Positions 30,720 to 40,276 of a stretch of 64,000 bases of DNA are shown piece by piece. The stretch lies in IMG/VR virus record IMGVR_UViG_3300020148_000031; one strand, 5' to 3'. Under the pieces are notes generated by a model. The model made no database searches. It was given only the letters and a program-made list of their open reading frames with translations, and was not told the DNA's origin. The stretch comes from an uncultured virus (IMG/VR IMGVR_UViG_3300020148_000031) (taxonomy: Duplodnaviria; Heunggongvirae; Uroviricota; Caudoviricetes). Positions within the stretch are counted from its first letter, which is position 1, and every line of letters begins with the position of its first letter. A program made the position numbers and the translations under genes.

Positions 30720-30974
30720 CTAAAGTTCTGCAATTGTGCGAAGTCTATCCAAACCGTCCTCATAATTCTTAGCGAGATGAATAGCGGCAATAAGACCTGG
30801 GAAACCCATTGATAGCTTCATTTGATTCCACTGATCTGCACGAACAGAAGCATTAATCAGATCATTAGTGAAGCCGCCCGGCTGGATTCCCTCACCAGAG
30901 AAATGAAATAGAACGTGCAGGGCGTCTTCTTTAGTAATATTGTCAACATCTAGTCAAAGTCAATCTTTAGTCAT
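30720..30974 (-). pseudogene. Small phage-like gene with two early in-frame TGA codons
   Basis: ATG ACT AAA GAT TGA CTT TGA, then 77 open codons including PGGFTNDLINASVRADQWNQMKLSMGFP. Confidence 0.45.
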
Positions 30975-31167
30975 GCCAGTGGTTCCTTTGATTAATAGTA
31001 AGATTAACTTTCCATTCCCCTCTTTCTTTATTAAGGGTAGCGAAACATTCATCGCTAATTTTCATACGCAATGAAGTAACCTCTTCAGGAAGATCTTTGA
31101 CCTTTTCGAAGTTTTGCAATAAGGTAGAAAGAGCTTCAATAGAGATAGATGCTGTAGCTGTTGTCAT
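30967..31167 (-). CDS. Hypothetical protein
   Basis: 66-aa ORF directly after pncB. Confidence 0.45.
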   Translation of the reverse strand: MTTATASISIEALSTLLQNFEKVKDLPEEVTSLRMKISDECFATLNKERGEWKVNLTINQRNHWHD

Positions 31168-31169
31168 TA

Positions 31170-32480
31170 TTAAAATCCTTTCATAGTAGTTTCGAACTGA
31201 GAATTTCCTGCCGTAATGAATTTTGCTTCATCAGGAAGAGATTTGAGAGCTTCAATATGATTTTCTTTTACCTCTTCGAGAGTAGGAATATAAACATAAT
31301 CGTAAGCAGTATCAATATAAACAACAGATACATTATGAGAGTTCTTTGGGAGCCTTTCTTCAACAAGTTCTGATTCAAGAACATAAAAATCATCAATAAT
31401 GATTCCTTCATCATTGTAAGTTCTAAATGGAACTTTACGTCCACCGATAGACTTTTTTCGGCTAGAATTCTTGAATACTGGCTTTGTCACTCCGTTGTCT
31501 TCGCGTTCGATAAGCTTGTATACCATTCCAGCAGTTGGATGACCAGAACCAGTAACCACTCGTGTTCCCGCACCAATTACATCAACAGGAGTTCCACGAT
31601 CAAGAAGTTCAGCAATAGTGTACTCGTCGATATCGCTTGAAAGAACAATTTTAGTGTTAACGGCTCCAAGAGAATCAAGAAGTTTGCGAGCGTTAACCGT
31701 CTCCTCGTGAAGATCACCAGAGTCGATCCGAATCCCGCCAAGTTCAGTTCCAGCAACTTCAATAGCGTTTTTAATACCCTGGGGAATGTCATAGGTGTCA
31801 ACGAGAAGAGTAGTGTTAACTCCCAAAGCTTCTACCTGTGCTTTAAATGCGTCCTTTTCGTCTTCAAATGCGAGCGTGAAAGCATGTGCTGAAGTGCCAG
31901 TAGTAGGAACTCCATACTTGATACCCGCTTCCAGGTTAGATGTTGCAGTAAATCCGGAGCAAATTGCTGCACGAGCTGAGTCAACAGCCGCGATTTCATG
32001 AGTTCGGCGGGACCCCATTTCGATGATAGGGAGCCCTCGCGCTGCAACTACCATTCGGCTCGCCGCACTTGCGACAGCTGAATCATGATTAAGGATTGAG
32101 AGAAGAACAGTTTCGAGAAGAACAGAATCAGCAAAAGTCCCAGTAACTGTCAGAAGAGGAGAGTTGGGGAAGTAAACGTCACCTTCACGATATCCAACAA
32201 TTTTTCCTTCAAACTTGTAATCCTTAAGAAAACTGATTGTTGCATCGTTGATAATTGGGTCGTTCTTCAAATATTCAATTTGCTCGTCAGAAAAATGAAA
32301 GTTAAGGACAGCTTCAATAGCGCGCGCAGTTCCTGACACTACACCATAACGTCGGCCTTGAGGAAGCCTTCTGGCAAAGAGCTCAAAAGACACTTTTTCG
32401 TGAGCCTTACCAGCTTGAAGTGCAGCCTGAAGCATAGTGAGTTCATATTTGTCAGTGAGAAATGCGGTGCTGTTCGTCAT
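31170..32480 (-). CDS. pncB: Nicotinate phosphoribosyltransferase
   Basis: TDKYELTM, EMGSRR, GTSAHA, LVDTYD, IRIDSGD and GMVYKL motifs. Confidence 0.95.
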   Translation of the reverse strand: MTNSTAFLTDKYELTMLQAALQAGKAHEKVSFELFARRLPQGRRYGVVSGTARAIEAVLNFHFSDEQIEYLKNDPIINDATISFLKDYKFEGKIVGYREGDVYFPNSPLLTVTGTFADSVLLETVLLSILNHDSAVASAASRMVVAARGLPIIEMGSRRTHEIAAVDSARAAICSGFTATSNLEAGIKYGVPTTGTSAHAFTLAFEDEKDAFKAQVEALGVNTTLLVDTYDIPQGIKNAIEVAGTELGGIRIDSGDLHEETVNARKLLDSLGAVNTKIVLSSDIDEYTIAELLDRGTPVDVIGAGTRVVTGSGHPTAGMVYKLIEREDNGVTKPVFKNSSRKKSIGGRKVPFRTYNDEGIIIDDFYVLESELVEERLPKNSHNVSVVYIDTAYDYVYIPTLEEVKENHIEALKSLPDEAKFITAGNSQFETTMKGF

Positions 32481-32610
32481 TTTTCGCTCCCTTTTGTGTT
32501 CACTAATATAATATCAAAATTAAGTATCAAAGTGAACACTAAGAGCAAGTATTTTTGTGATTTTTATTAAAAAACTCCAGTTTTTGTAAAAATATACAAG
32601 ATTATTATGG

Positions 32611-32967
32611 TTAATTTGTAGGTGGGTCAAAATCAAAAAGCCCTCTATACGCAATATCTAGACCCTCTTTCAAACTTTTCTTATATTCAGCCTCAAAAGC
32701 TTGAAGAGAGGTTATCTTTTCAACTAATTTTCTCTCATCATCTTTCAAGTTTTGCAAAGTCTCATCAACTTTTCTATGAGCATCATTATACATTTCATTT
32801 GACTTATTTGTTGCTTCAGAAATAATTGATTCAGCTTTAAATTGAGCATCTTGAAGTATTTTTTCTGACTCAATTTTAGCATTAGCTATTGTTTCGTCAG
32901 AAACTTTTTGAGCCATTGATAATATATATGTAGCTTGCTCGGCCCCATTAGGAATATTTTCAGCCAT
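32611..32967 (-). CDS. DivIVA/Wag31-like coiled-coil fragment
   Basis: ILSMAQKVSDE..A..E...I...A and LQAFEAEYKKSLK resemble the actinobacterial DivIVA C-terminal coil. Confidence 0.6.
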   Translation of the reverse strand: MAENIPNGAEQATYILSMAQKVSDETIANAKIESEKILQDAQFKAESIISEATNKSNEMYNDAHRKVDETLQNLKDDERKLVEKITSLQAFEAEYKKSLKEGLDIAYRGLFDFDPPTN

Positions 32968-33022
32968 TAAAGCCCCTCACCCGTATAAGACAACATTAAT
33001 ATCAAAAGTTAGAAAAAGAATA

Positions 33023-33832
33023 ATGATGTACCATATCAACCCAAAGACTGGGAATCCAGGAATTTGTAAAGCTTCTGAAGGTCAATGTCCCTTTAGTTCT
33101 AAAGAAGAACATTTCCAATCTAAAGAAGAAGCAAGAGCGTTCTATGAAGAGTCTAAAAAGTCTTCAATTACGTTAATAAAATACCCTAGAACGCCCCATC
33201 TCCCATTCTCAGAGGGAGCCACAAATGATGATAAATATCTCTCTAAAGAAGCATTAGAGCATTTAAAAAGCCTTCCTGAGCTTGTAGTAACTGAAAAGAT
33301 GGACGGTGGAAATCTTACATTTTATAAAAATCATTTTCATGGAAGGTCTCTAGATAGCGGAACTCACTCTTGGGATAGTTTCTCACGATCGGTGTGGGCC
33401 AAAATGAGACATGAAATTCCAGAAGGTTGGAGAATCTCAGGTGAATCTCTTTATGCGAAACGCTCTGTAGGTTATGAAAACCTTCCGGGCCCCTATCTAG
33501 TTTTTGGAATTTGGAATCAAGACAATGTTTTACTCTCTTGGAAAGAAACAGAAGAATGGTGTGACTTATTAAATCTCCCTCATGTTCCAGTCCTTTATAA
33601 AGGTGGAGATTTTAATTCTGCTATTAAAGTATGGAAAGAAAGTCTTAATGAAAAAGTGAGCGAAGGTTTTGTTCTTAGAAACTCGGATTCATTCAAGTAT
33701 TCTGACTTTGACATGAATATTGCTAAATATGTACGAAAAAATCATGTCCAAACTTCAGCTGATTGGAGACATAGAGATGACTTTGAAGTGAATACTTTTA
33801 GTAAGATTGAATCTGAACAAAATGAGGTTTAA
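33023..33832 (+). CDS. HCCH-leader protein with RNA ligase domain
   Basis: Leader YHINPKTGNPGICKASEGQCPF...EHF; KYPRTPHLP, TEKMDG (KxDG), EGFVLR and KYVR motifs. Confidence 0.85.
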   Translation: MMYHINPKTGNPGICKASEGQCPFSSKEEHFQSKEEARAFYEESKKSSITLIKYPRTPHLPFSEGATNDDKYLSKEALEHLKSLPELVVTEKMDGGNLTFYKNHFHGRSLDSGTHSWDSFSRSVWAKMRHEIPEGWRISGESLYAKRSVGYENLPGPYLVFGIWNQDNVLLSWKETEEWCDLLNLPHVPVLYKGGDFNSAIKVWKESLNEKVSEGFVLRNSDSFKYSDFDMNIAKYVRKNHVQTSADWRHRDDFEVNTFSKIESEQNEV

Positions 33833-35018
33833 ATATAGAATATCTACCTAAAAGTGGTTTTCTTTCCTCTATTACGCCGATACCGGCGATTCTTCCTCCA
33901 ACAGTGAAAACACTCGTATATGTATAGCGTTTTTTATTATCATTAGAATCTATAAAAACTTGCGGAGCTTGTAATTCTCCATACACTAATTTTCCATATT
34001 GAGAGAGATCTTTAGGTTTATCTCCCCAAGAAGAATAAAGAGAGTTATGAATAACTGCATTTCTATTCTTTAAAGTCCACTGATGAGGAGTTGCTACTGT
34101 AAAAGTATCCCCAAATTGCTCATATTCTCCATAATTGTGTGGAAGAATTATGTCACTATCGGGATATAACTCTGAAAGAGCTGGCAAAACTGTTCTATGA
34201 CCTGCTATTATTTTCCATGCTGGTTCTAACATAAGCTCTAGTCTATTAGAATTAATAACGGCATCCATACCAATAGGCATTCTGAATAATGAATCCCAGC
34301 CCATCTGCTTATAAAGAGCAAGAATTGGATTACCTCTTGTATCTTCCCATAAACCTTTAATCGAGTTCCAGCGAATGTCTTTTGCTCTTACTGCTGCTGT
34401 CTGCCAACCTGCAATTGACGCCACACCTTGAATAAAAGCGGCAGTAGTCCAATCTTCGTTTCTAAGGTCGGGAGCATTTGTAATGTGAAGAACTCCGTAT
34501 TTTGATTGTTCTCGCAAAGCTTTAAATGCTTTAATAGTAAGGTCGGAAATAACATTAACTTGAGATACTTGATTAGTTTTTACTTCATATTTCATTTTGT
34601 CATTAAGCCACACTCTTTGACTTTGTGAAGCTTCAATCATGTATCTTGGAGCTTCGCTCTCAATATTAATTAGTCTGAAGTCGTTATTACCAAGATAGGC
34701 AAAATCGTAGCGGGTAAATAACTCTACGTGTTCTTCTTCAAAAGATCGTCTTGCTAAATTAAATACCGGGGTCGGGATATTAAGATTCCCCATGTTACCT
34801 AAAAGAATATATCGTGTGGCTTCTCTTACCATAGGAATAACTTCTTTAGTTTTAGAAATTAATGATTCAACTTCTGAAGGACTAAATGAATAAACGCTTG
34901 ATTCATCCCAATAATCAGCCTTATTACCGTTACTAAGATCTTGTGATGCAATGAGGAGCCCAGACGCTCTTAATCTTCTCTTTAATTCGGAACGTGGTTC
35001 AATTTCCAGTCTTTCCAT
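33798..35018 (-). CDS. Glutathionylspermidine synthase family (ATP-grasp), divergent
   Basis: YWDE..Y.F, RYDF, LYK..W, EPAWK and FKPHFV motifs; canonical EYNADTP reads NIESEAP. Confidence 0.7.
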   Translation of the reverse strand: MERLEIEPRSELKRRLRASGLLIASQDLSNGNKADYWDESSVYSFSPSEVESLISKTKEVIPMVREATRYILLGNMGNLNIPTPVFNLARRSFEEEHVELFTRYDFAYLGNNDFRLINIESEAPRYMIEASQSQRVWLNDKMKYEVKTNQVSQVNVISDLTIKAFKALREQSKYGVLHITNAPDLRNEDWTTAAFIQGVASIAGWQTAAVRAKDIRWNSIKGLWEDTRGNPILALYKQMGWDSLFRMPIGMDAVINSNRLELMLEPAWKIIAGHRTVLPALSELYPDSDIILPHNYGEYEQFGDTFTVATPHQWTLKNRNAVIHNSLYSSWGDKPKDLSQYGKLVYGELQAPQVFIDSNDNKKRYTYTSVFTVGGRIAGIGVIEERKPLLGRYSIFKPHFVQIQSY

Positions 35019-35099
35019 TAGAGAACCTTTCTTTAAGAGTGACTCTCTTAAGCAGCCAACTCATTGAATTTTACCAACAAGTTGATTGCTTTTAAGAGT

Positions 35100-35516
35100 T
35101 TATATTTTAAATGTAATAAAGAATCCGCTCGAAGGTTTAATATGATTAATAATATCGTCTTTTGCAGGGATGCTTTCATATACTGGAGTTACTGAATAGA
35201 AGAAATCATTTTCTGGAGAATCAGAATTAGAATCAGGATTTGATTTAAGTACATCAATATAAGGTTTTAAAGCTTTAACATTTGCATTTTCAGCAAGTGC
35301 AATAAGTGCACCCTCGAGGTCTTTTATTTGATCTTTATTCAAATAATCGGAGACTCTTTTTTGAGCGTCTTTTTCAAATTTTGCTTTATTTTCAATATAT
35401 TCAAAAGCCTGTTCTTTGCTTTCGAAATGTTCGTTTTCTCCCCCTAAAGGACACGCTTTAACAGTAGCGTGACAAGGCGCAGGAGCGCCTGAACTACTAA
35501 TATGGTATTTAGCCAT
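35100..35516 (-). CDS. HCCH-leader protein, short cargo
   Basis: MAKYHISSSGAPAPCHATVKACPLGGENEHF leader. Confidence 0.75.
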   Translation of the reverse strand: MAKYHISSSGAPAPCHATVKACPLGGENEHFESKEQAFEYIENKAKFEKDAQKRVSDYLNKDQIKDLEGALIALAENANVKALKPYIDVLKSNPDSNSDSPENDFFYSVTPVYESIPAKDDIINHIKPSSGFFITFKI

Positions 35517-35762
35517 GTAAGAACCTCCTCAAACATGTTTGATGTGAATATTTTCTTATCTAACTAGAGTTAATTATTTATATTAATAATAGTGAGAAAA
35601 TATATTTTCTTAAAATGGGAATATAAAGAATAATTTTGATATTATACGTTATAGAATGATTAAACTAATTATTCTTGAACCCAAAGCGGGGAACAGTGGC
35701 TTCCTCGCTTTAAGAAGTTTTAAAGGTAGCTGAGGTTCTCCTATTTTTAAATGGAGGCAATT

Positions 35763-35909
35763 ATGCTAAAATTAATTCGTGATTTCTTTGATGTATTAGT
35801 TAATGGTGATAAGAAAGATCCAATGTATAACTTCAGACATTATCCACAACGAATTCAAGATGAAATATTAGCCGCAATGGAAGCGCAAAACCTCACTGAC
35901 ATTCGCTAA
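35763..35909 (+). CDS. Small protein, 48 aa (MLKLIRDFFDVLVNG...)
   Basis: GGAGG RBS; hand-translated; below the ORF-track cutoff. Confidence 0.5.
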   Translation: MLKLIRDFFDVLVNGDKKDPMYNFRHYPQRIQDEILAAMEAQNLTDIR

Positions 35910-36529
35910 TAAATCTTAAGTGTGTCTTGGCCTTTAGACATATGATGAATGTCTCCTTCAATAAACCCAAGGGTGATATGAAAGTCTATTGAGCCAAGAC
36001 CCAAAACTTCTCTCCTCCAACGTTCAAGTTTTGGAGATTCAGCAATAGCGTACCACGCTTCTTTACCTTCATGAGAAATATTACCTATTCCTTTAATAAT
36101 GATTTCGCCAGTAGGAAGATCATTTAAAGAAATATTTTTCTTCTTTAATTCTCTTACCTCATTAGGTTTAATAACAGTCATATGAAAGTGATATCCACCG
36201 TCTCTATTAACTTTATTCTCTTCGATAAGAGTAAACTTTTCTTTCCCTAACTCTTTTTCTAGTTCACTAAGGTAAGATACGAGTAAACGGTCAGATACTG
36301 CGGCTCCAAAGTAGCTTCCACCTTTCATGGGGGCAACTTTACCAACAGTTGTAATGTCTGTTAGTCTGCGTTTTCTGCTTTTTAAAGTACGAAAGGTAGT
36401 GTTTTGAGAATGGAAAGCATCCTCGGCTTCATCAATACTTTCGAAATGATTTCCACCTATAGGGCAAGACCTGACGTTAGCTTTGCATTCTTTAGGTCCA
36501 TCGTCGGTAATATGAAATTTTTTCATCAT
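35906..36529 (-). CDS. HCCH-leader protein with 2H phosphoesterase domain
   Basis: Leader FHITDDGPKECKANVRSCPIGGNHF; two HxT motifs (FHMTV and FHITLG). Confidence 0.8.
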   Translation of the reverse strand: MMKKFHITDDGPKECKANVRSCPIGGNHFESIDEAEDAFHSQNTTFRTLKSRKRRLTDITTVGKVAPMKGGSYFGAAVSDRLLVSYLSELEKELGKEKFTLIEENKVNRDGGYHFHMTVIKPNEVRELKKKNISLNDLPTGEIIIKGIGNISHEGKEAWYAIAESPKLERWRREVLGLGSIDFHITLGFIEGDIHHMSKGQDTLKIY

Positions 36530-37671
36530 TACTTCCTCCTACATTCTGGACCAATATTTCCACCATTTTTCAGTGGTTTTCCACATCGAATACAATAACC
36601 GCTTCCATAAATAGTATTCAATTCTGGTTCTTTATAAAATTCTTTATCTTTGACAACACCTGGAGTGTGTTCATTCACTCTAGAAACCATAATTCCCATG
36701 CTCTCATACATGCGTACAGAACCCTCACGATCATCAATACTGTGAACAAAGACAAAGCCCTCATCCTTTAATTTATCTAGTTCTTCTTTCTTGAATTCAT
36801 AATCTTTTCGGAAATCACCAGATCTTTTAGCAATAAGTTTTGACGCTTTAATGCCACTCTTATCAATAAAATTAATAAGCTCTTGCGCATACTGATCATC
36901 GCGACCAGTAAGAACAACAATATTAAGATCATCATTATCTCTCATTGCATTGGCAAGATCAAGTACCTTTTTATTCACTTTAGAATTCTCAATAGATCTG
37001 AAGAAGTATGGATAATTTCTTTTCTTATCTGGATTACCAAAAGCAATATCTGATTCTCTAGCGTTTGAAGCAAGAGTACCATCAACATCAACAAGAACTA
37101 TTGCTTTTCCCTTGAATGGGTTCTTTTGCTCAAGAGACTTATTAAAGTCATGTATTTTTTGTCTACCATCAGTAATTTTTGGAATGCTGAAAGCAGTTGT
37201 TTCACCTAAGACAAAATCATTTAAAGTTCCATTTGTATATGCGGATTTTGCCATATTTTCAATAACAAATTCTGGAACCAGCCTACCGCCAGATTCACCA
37301 CGCTTTCTATTTCGTTCTTTAGCAACTTCAATGGGAATGTCAAAAGCCACTTGTTGAATTTCAGAACCGTTTTCTCTAGCTTTTTTAATAAGGTTTGGAA
37401 GAAATCTTGGATTAAGGTTAGTGTCATCACTAATGACGGTTTTCCCAGCTCTTAACCCATCTCTTATAAGTTTGTCTTGAACCTGCGTAACTTGAGATTC
37501 TTTTTTAGGGTCAGGTGACCCTTTATGGTATTTTTCACCAAAAAGAGTTGTTCGAATATCATCACGATTAACCCTTATTACATTCTTTGGGTCTTTCTCT
37601 ACTTCTTTTTCAGCCCATGTGGATTTTCCAGAACCTGGAAGCCCGTGAGTAATAATAAGCTTTCCTGACAT
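36529..37671 (-). CDS. Polynucleotide 5'-kinase/3'-phosphatase (T4 PseT-like) with C-terminal zinc finger
   Basis: GLPGSGKST, RDDIR, HAD motifs DVDGT / TGR / DDR, and CIRC...GPEC. Confidence 0.85.
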   Translation of the reverse strand: MSGKLIITHGLPGSGKSTWAEKEVEKDPKNVIRVNRDDIRTTLFGEKYHKGSPDPKKESQVTQVQDKLIRDGLRAGKTVISDDTNLNPRFLPNLIKKARENGSEIQQVAFDIPIEVAKERNRKRGESGGRLVPEFVIENMAKSAYTNGTLNDFVLGETTAFSIPKITDGRQKIHDFNKSLEQKNPFKGKAIVLVDVDGTLASNARESDIAFGNPDKKRNYPYFFRSIENSKVNKKVLDLANAMRDNDDLNIVVLTGRDDQYAQELINFIDKSGIKASKLIAKRSGDFRKDYEFKKEELDKLKDEGFVFVHSIDDREGSVRMYESMGIMVSRVNEHTPGVVKDKEFYKEPELNTIYGSGYCIRCGKPLKNGGNIGPECRRK

Positions 37672-37719
37672 AATTTACCTCTTTGGTTTAAATGTAAAAC
37701 TACAAACTTTTCTATACGA

Positions 37720-38511
37720 TTAGATTATCATATCTGCATATATTCCGTAATGGTCGCTAAGCGGTGGGTTTATCTCAGAACCAAAACGTTCAAAATTTAT
37801 ATTACCACCTGCGGAGCCAAAATTCCATTGATAAGTTTTTAAATAATCTATTCTTCTTATAGGGAGGAATTCTGGTTTATCTAAACCAAATTTTTTAGCC
37901 GTTTTAGAACCCCAATAACCACGATAATCAGAGGTTTGCCATTTATCCGTCTCTTTGAAAGTCTGGTAAAAGTCTGTCCAAAATGTAGAACTGAAGCCTT
38001 TAGGGTTTACTTCTTTACCGCTTAAGAATCTATTAGTGACTGAATCATCATCAGAATTAAAATCTCCACCTAAAAGAATAATTCTATTTTCACAATCTTT
38101 TTCTTTAGCAAAATTTGAGAAATCTATAGCAGCTGAAAATCTTTCACCTTCATTATTACCACCCCACGGCAAATGAGCTGAAATTGCTATTAACTCTTTA
38201 CCATTGGGAAGATCTATATGAACTACTCGATTTGAACCGAAAGTTTCTATTGAGTATTCTTCTTTTATAGCGAAGCGACTAATAATTGCAGTTCTATTAG
38301 AAAACTTTTCATTATAAGGTTCTGAATAACTAATATTTTTTAATTCAGACTCTTCAGAATATGTTTGGAAAAGCTTAATGTCAACAATTTCTTGTAATAA
38401 AACAATGTCAAATTTAAGTTTTTTAATATACTTCATAAGATTTTCATAACGATATGAAGACCCATCGATAGAATTTAGAATATTGATTTGTGCAACGCGA
38501 ATAGTTTTCAT
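37720..38511 (-). CDS. Endonuclease/exonuclease/phosphatase (EEP) family
   Basis: NI, LQE, HL, GDFNS, RIDY and SDHY motifs. Confidence 0.85.
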   Translation of the reverse strand: MKTIRVAQINILNSIDGSSYRYENLMKYIKKLKFDIVLLQEIVDIKLFQTYSEESELKNISYSEPYNEKFSNRTAIISRFAIKEEYSIETFGSNRVVHIDLPNGKELIAISAHLPWGGNNEGERFSAAIDFSNFAKEKDCENRIILLGGDFNSDDDSVTNRFLSGKEVNPKGFSSTFWTDFYQTFKETDKWQTSDYRGYWGSKTAKKFGLDKPEFLPIRRIDYLKTYQWNFGSAGGNINFERFGSEINPPLSDHYGIYADMII

Positions 38512-39299
38512 TAATACCCTTTATTTATTATGTATCTAGCTTCTTCTTGAATATTTCTAAAAAGTGCATCTTTGTCTAAATTGGAATTTAAAAATTCCGT
38601 ATATAAAGAATAAAAATTCTCTTTAAGAATTTCAGTAAACTTTGGATCAAAATTCTTGTCACCTTCATTAAGCATTTTCTCAGCAAGTATGAGAGATCTA
38701 ATTGCAATTTTCAAGCTTTTTTCAGATCTCTCTTTAGTTTTCACTGAGTTAAAACTATTAGTAATATCCTCATAAGATTTAGCAACAGATCTTTCATAAT
38801 AAATATATGGATTATAACGGATATTATTAAAAATACTCTCATATTTATTTTCAATGACAATATTTTTTGATTTTAAAATATCAATGTCCATAGGAGATAC
38901 TTCGTATATTCTAGATAAAAAAGCATCATGTGAAAATACTGTAAGGTCTATATTTTTATTTATTAGTAAGGTTTCACCAGGGCCTTTAAATTCGGCAATT
39001 AAATGTATGTCTTGATCGCTTTTAGAATGATTAAGGTTATACATTTTGCTTCCAGTATAAAGAAATCCTACAAGTTCTGAATCACTAAAAGAAGTCTGTT
39101 TTAGTAAGTTTTCTGCTTCTTGTTTAGATAATTTTTCTTTATTAATTGTTTTAATGAGATTAGATGAATTTTCGTCTTCGAAGAATCGTCTTGCAGAGAT
39201 TACTGATGAGAAATGTTTATCAAAACCGCCAAAGGGACACGTATTTTTCTTGGCCGAACAACTTTTGATTTCGCCCGTATTATTAATATGATAAAGCAT
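38511..39299 (-). CDS. HCCH-leader protein with Pol-beta-type nucleotidyltransferase domain
   Basis: Leader YHINNTGEIKSCSAKKNTCPFGGFDKHF; GSKMYNLNHSKSDQD (GS...DxD). Confidence 0.75.
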   Translation of the reverse strand: MLYHINNTGEIKSCSAKKNTCPFGGFDKHFSSVISARRFFEDENSSNLIKTINKEKLSKQEAENLLKQTSFSDSELVGFLYTGSKMYNLNHSKSDQDIHLIAEFKGPGETLLINKNIDLTVFSHDAFLSRIYEVSPMDIDILKSKNIVIENKYESIFNNIRYNPYIYYERSVAKSYEDITNSFNSVKTKERSEKSLKIAIRSLILAEKMLNEGDKNFDPKFTEILKENFYSLYTEFLNSNLDKDALFRNIQEEARYIINKGY

Positions 39300-39329
39300 T
39301 TTTTCCTAAAAGTTGTAGTGTTTTATTTT

Positions 39330-39545
39330 CTAAATAGATATTGGCTCTTCGACCTTTTCGTCTCCAGAAATAGTAGGATTATATTTTTTAACTCCATCGG
39401 TAGAATTATCTTTAAATTCCCAAGAGTTAGTCATTTCGAAAGAAATATCTTCTAATTTATCTTCATAATGTATGATTAGACGTAAAGCTTCATTAAGGGC
39501 ATCAACAGTCATCATGAATTTTACAAATTTTCTGAAACCTTTCAT
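39330..39545 (-). CDS. Hypothetical protein
   Basis: 71-aa ORF with a GAGGA RBS. Confidence 0.45.
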   Translation of the reverse strand: MKGFRKFVKFMMTVDALNEALRLIIHYEDKLEDISFEMTNSWEFKDNSTDGVKKYNPTISGDEKVEEPISI

Positions 39546-39598
39546 TAGATCCTCATTTCTTCATAATTTATTGTAACAAGATTAGTTAATATATTAAT

Positions 39599-40276
39599 AT
39601 GATTACTAACTCTACTCTTGGTGTTATCGGCGGTTATGGTTCTTTAGCAAGTTTAGAATTTCAAAAAATTCTCTTGACTTCTCATTTACACAAAGTCTCT
39701 AAAGACAGCGACTTCCCATCATATATACTCTTAAATGTTACGCAAGGAGACATTATTGATTTAGATGGAACTGCCGTTAACGAGCTAGAATTATTTGAAT
39801 TTTTAAAAGAGCATAAAAACACTCTTAAAAATACAAATGAAGTTATTATTCTTTGTAATTCATTTTATTATTATCTTGAAAGTTTTGAAAAAATACTTGA
39901 GAAAAATATTGTTTCTCTTCCAGATCTAGTAGAATACTCTATATCTTATTTTGATTTTAAAAGACCTCTTATTGTTGGATCTGAATTTACAAAAGAATAT
40001 AATTTATATTCTTCTAGCTTATATGAACCAGTTTTTTACACTAATAAAAATATGATCAGTGAGTCAGTTAAGGGAATTATAGAGGATAAATATGTTGATG
40101 ATATTCTTCTTAAAGCTAAAGAGGAAAACGTTGATTCAATTGTCCTTGCTTGCACTGATTTGACTTTTTATAGAGATATTTTAAGAAAGAAAACCCCTCT
40201 TGAAATTATTGATTCTGTAGAAGTTGCTGCAAGTTATTTTACCCAAAAAGGAGAGCTTAATGAAAGTAACAAATGA
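39599..40276 (+). CDS. Aspartate/glutamate racemase family
   Basis: LGVIGGYG, LCNS and LACTDL (two Cys), IIDS. Confidence 0.7.
   Translation: MITNSTLGVIGGYGSLASLEFQKILLTSHLHKVSKDSDFPSYILLNVTQGDIIDLDGTAVNELELFEFLKEHKNTLKNTNEVIILCNSFYYYLESFEKILEKNIVSLPDLVEYSISYFDFKRPLIVGSEFTKEYNLYSSSLYEPVFYTNKNMISESVKGIIEDKYVDDILLKAKEENVDSIVLACTDLTFYRDILRKKTPLEIIDSVEVAASYFTQKGELNESNK

Noticed and set aside
30720..30974. Genome-wide TGA-to-Trp recoding
   Set aside because: Other genes are full length in the standard code, Trp is TGG where checked, and TGA terminates genes (e.g. 27730, 47481).
36529..36610. PNKP C-terminal CxxC...C finger as a member of the leader family
   Set aside because: Different spacing, C-terminal position, and no FHI/CPF pattern.
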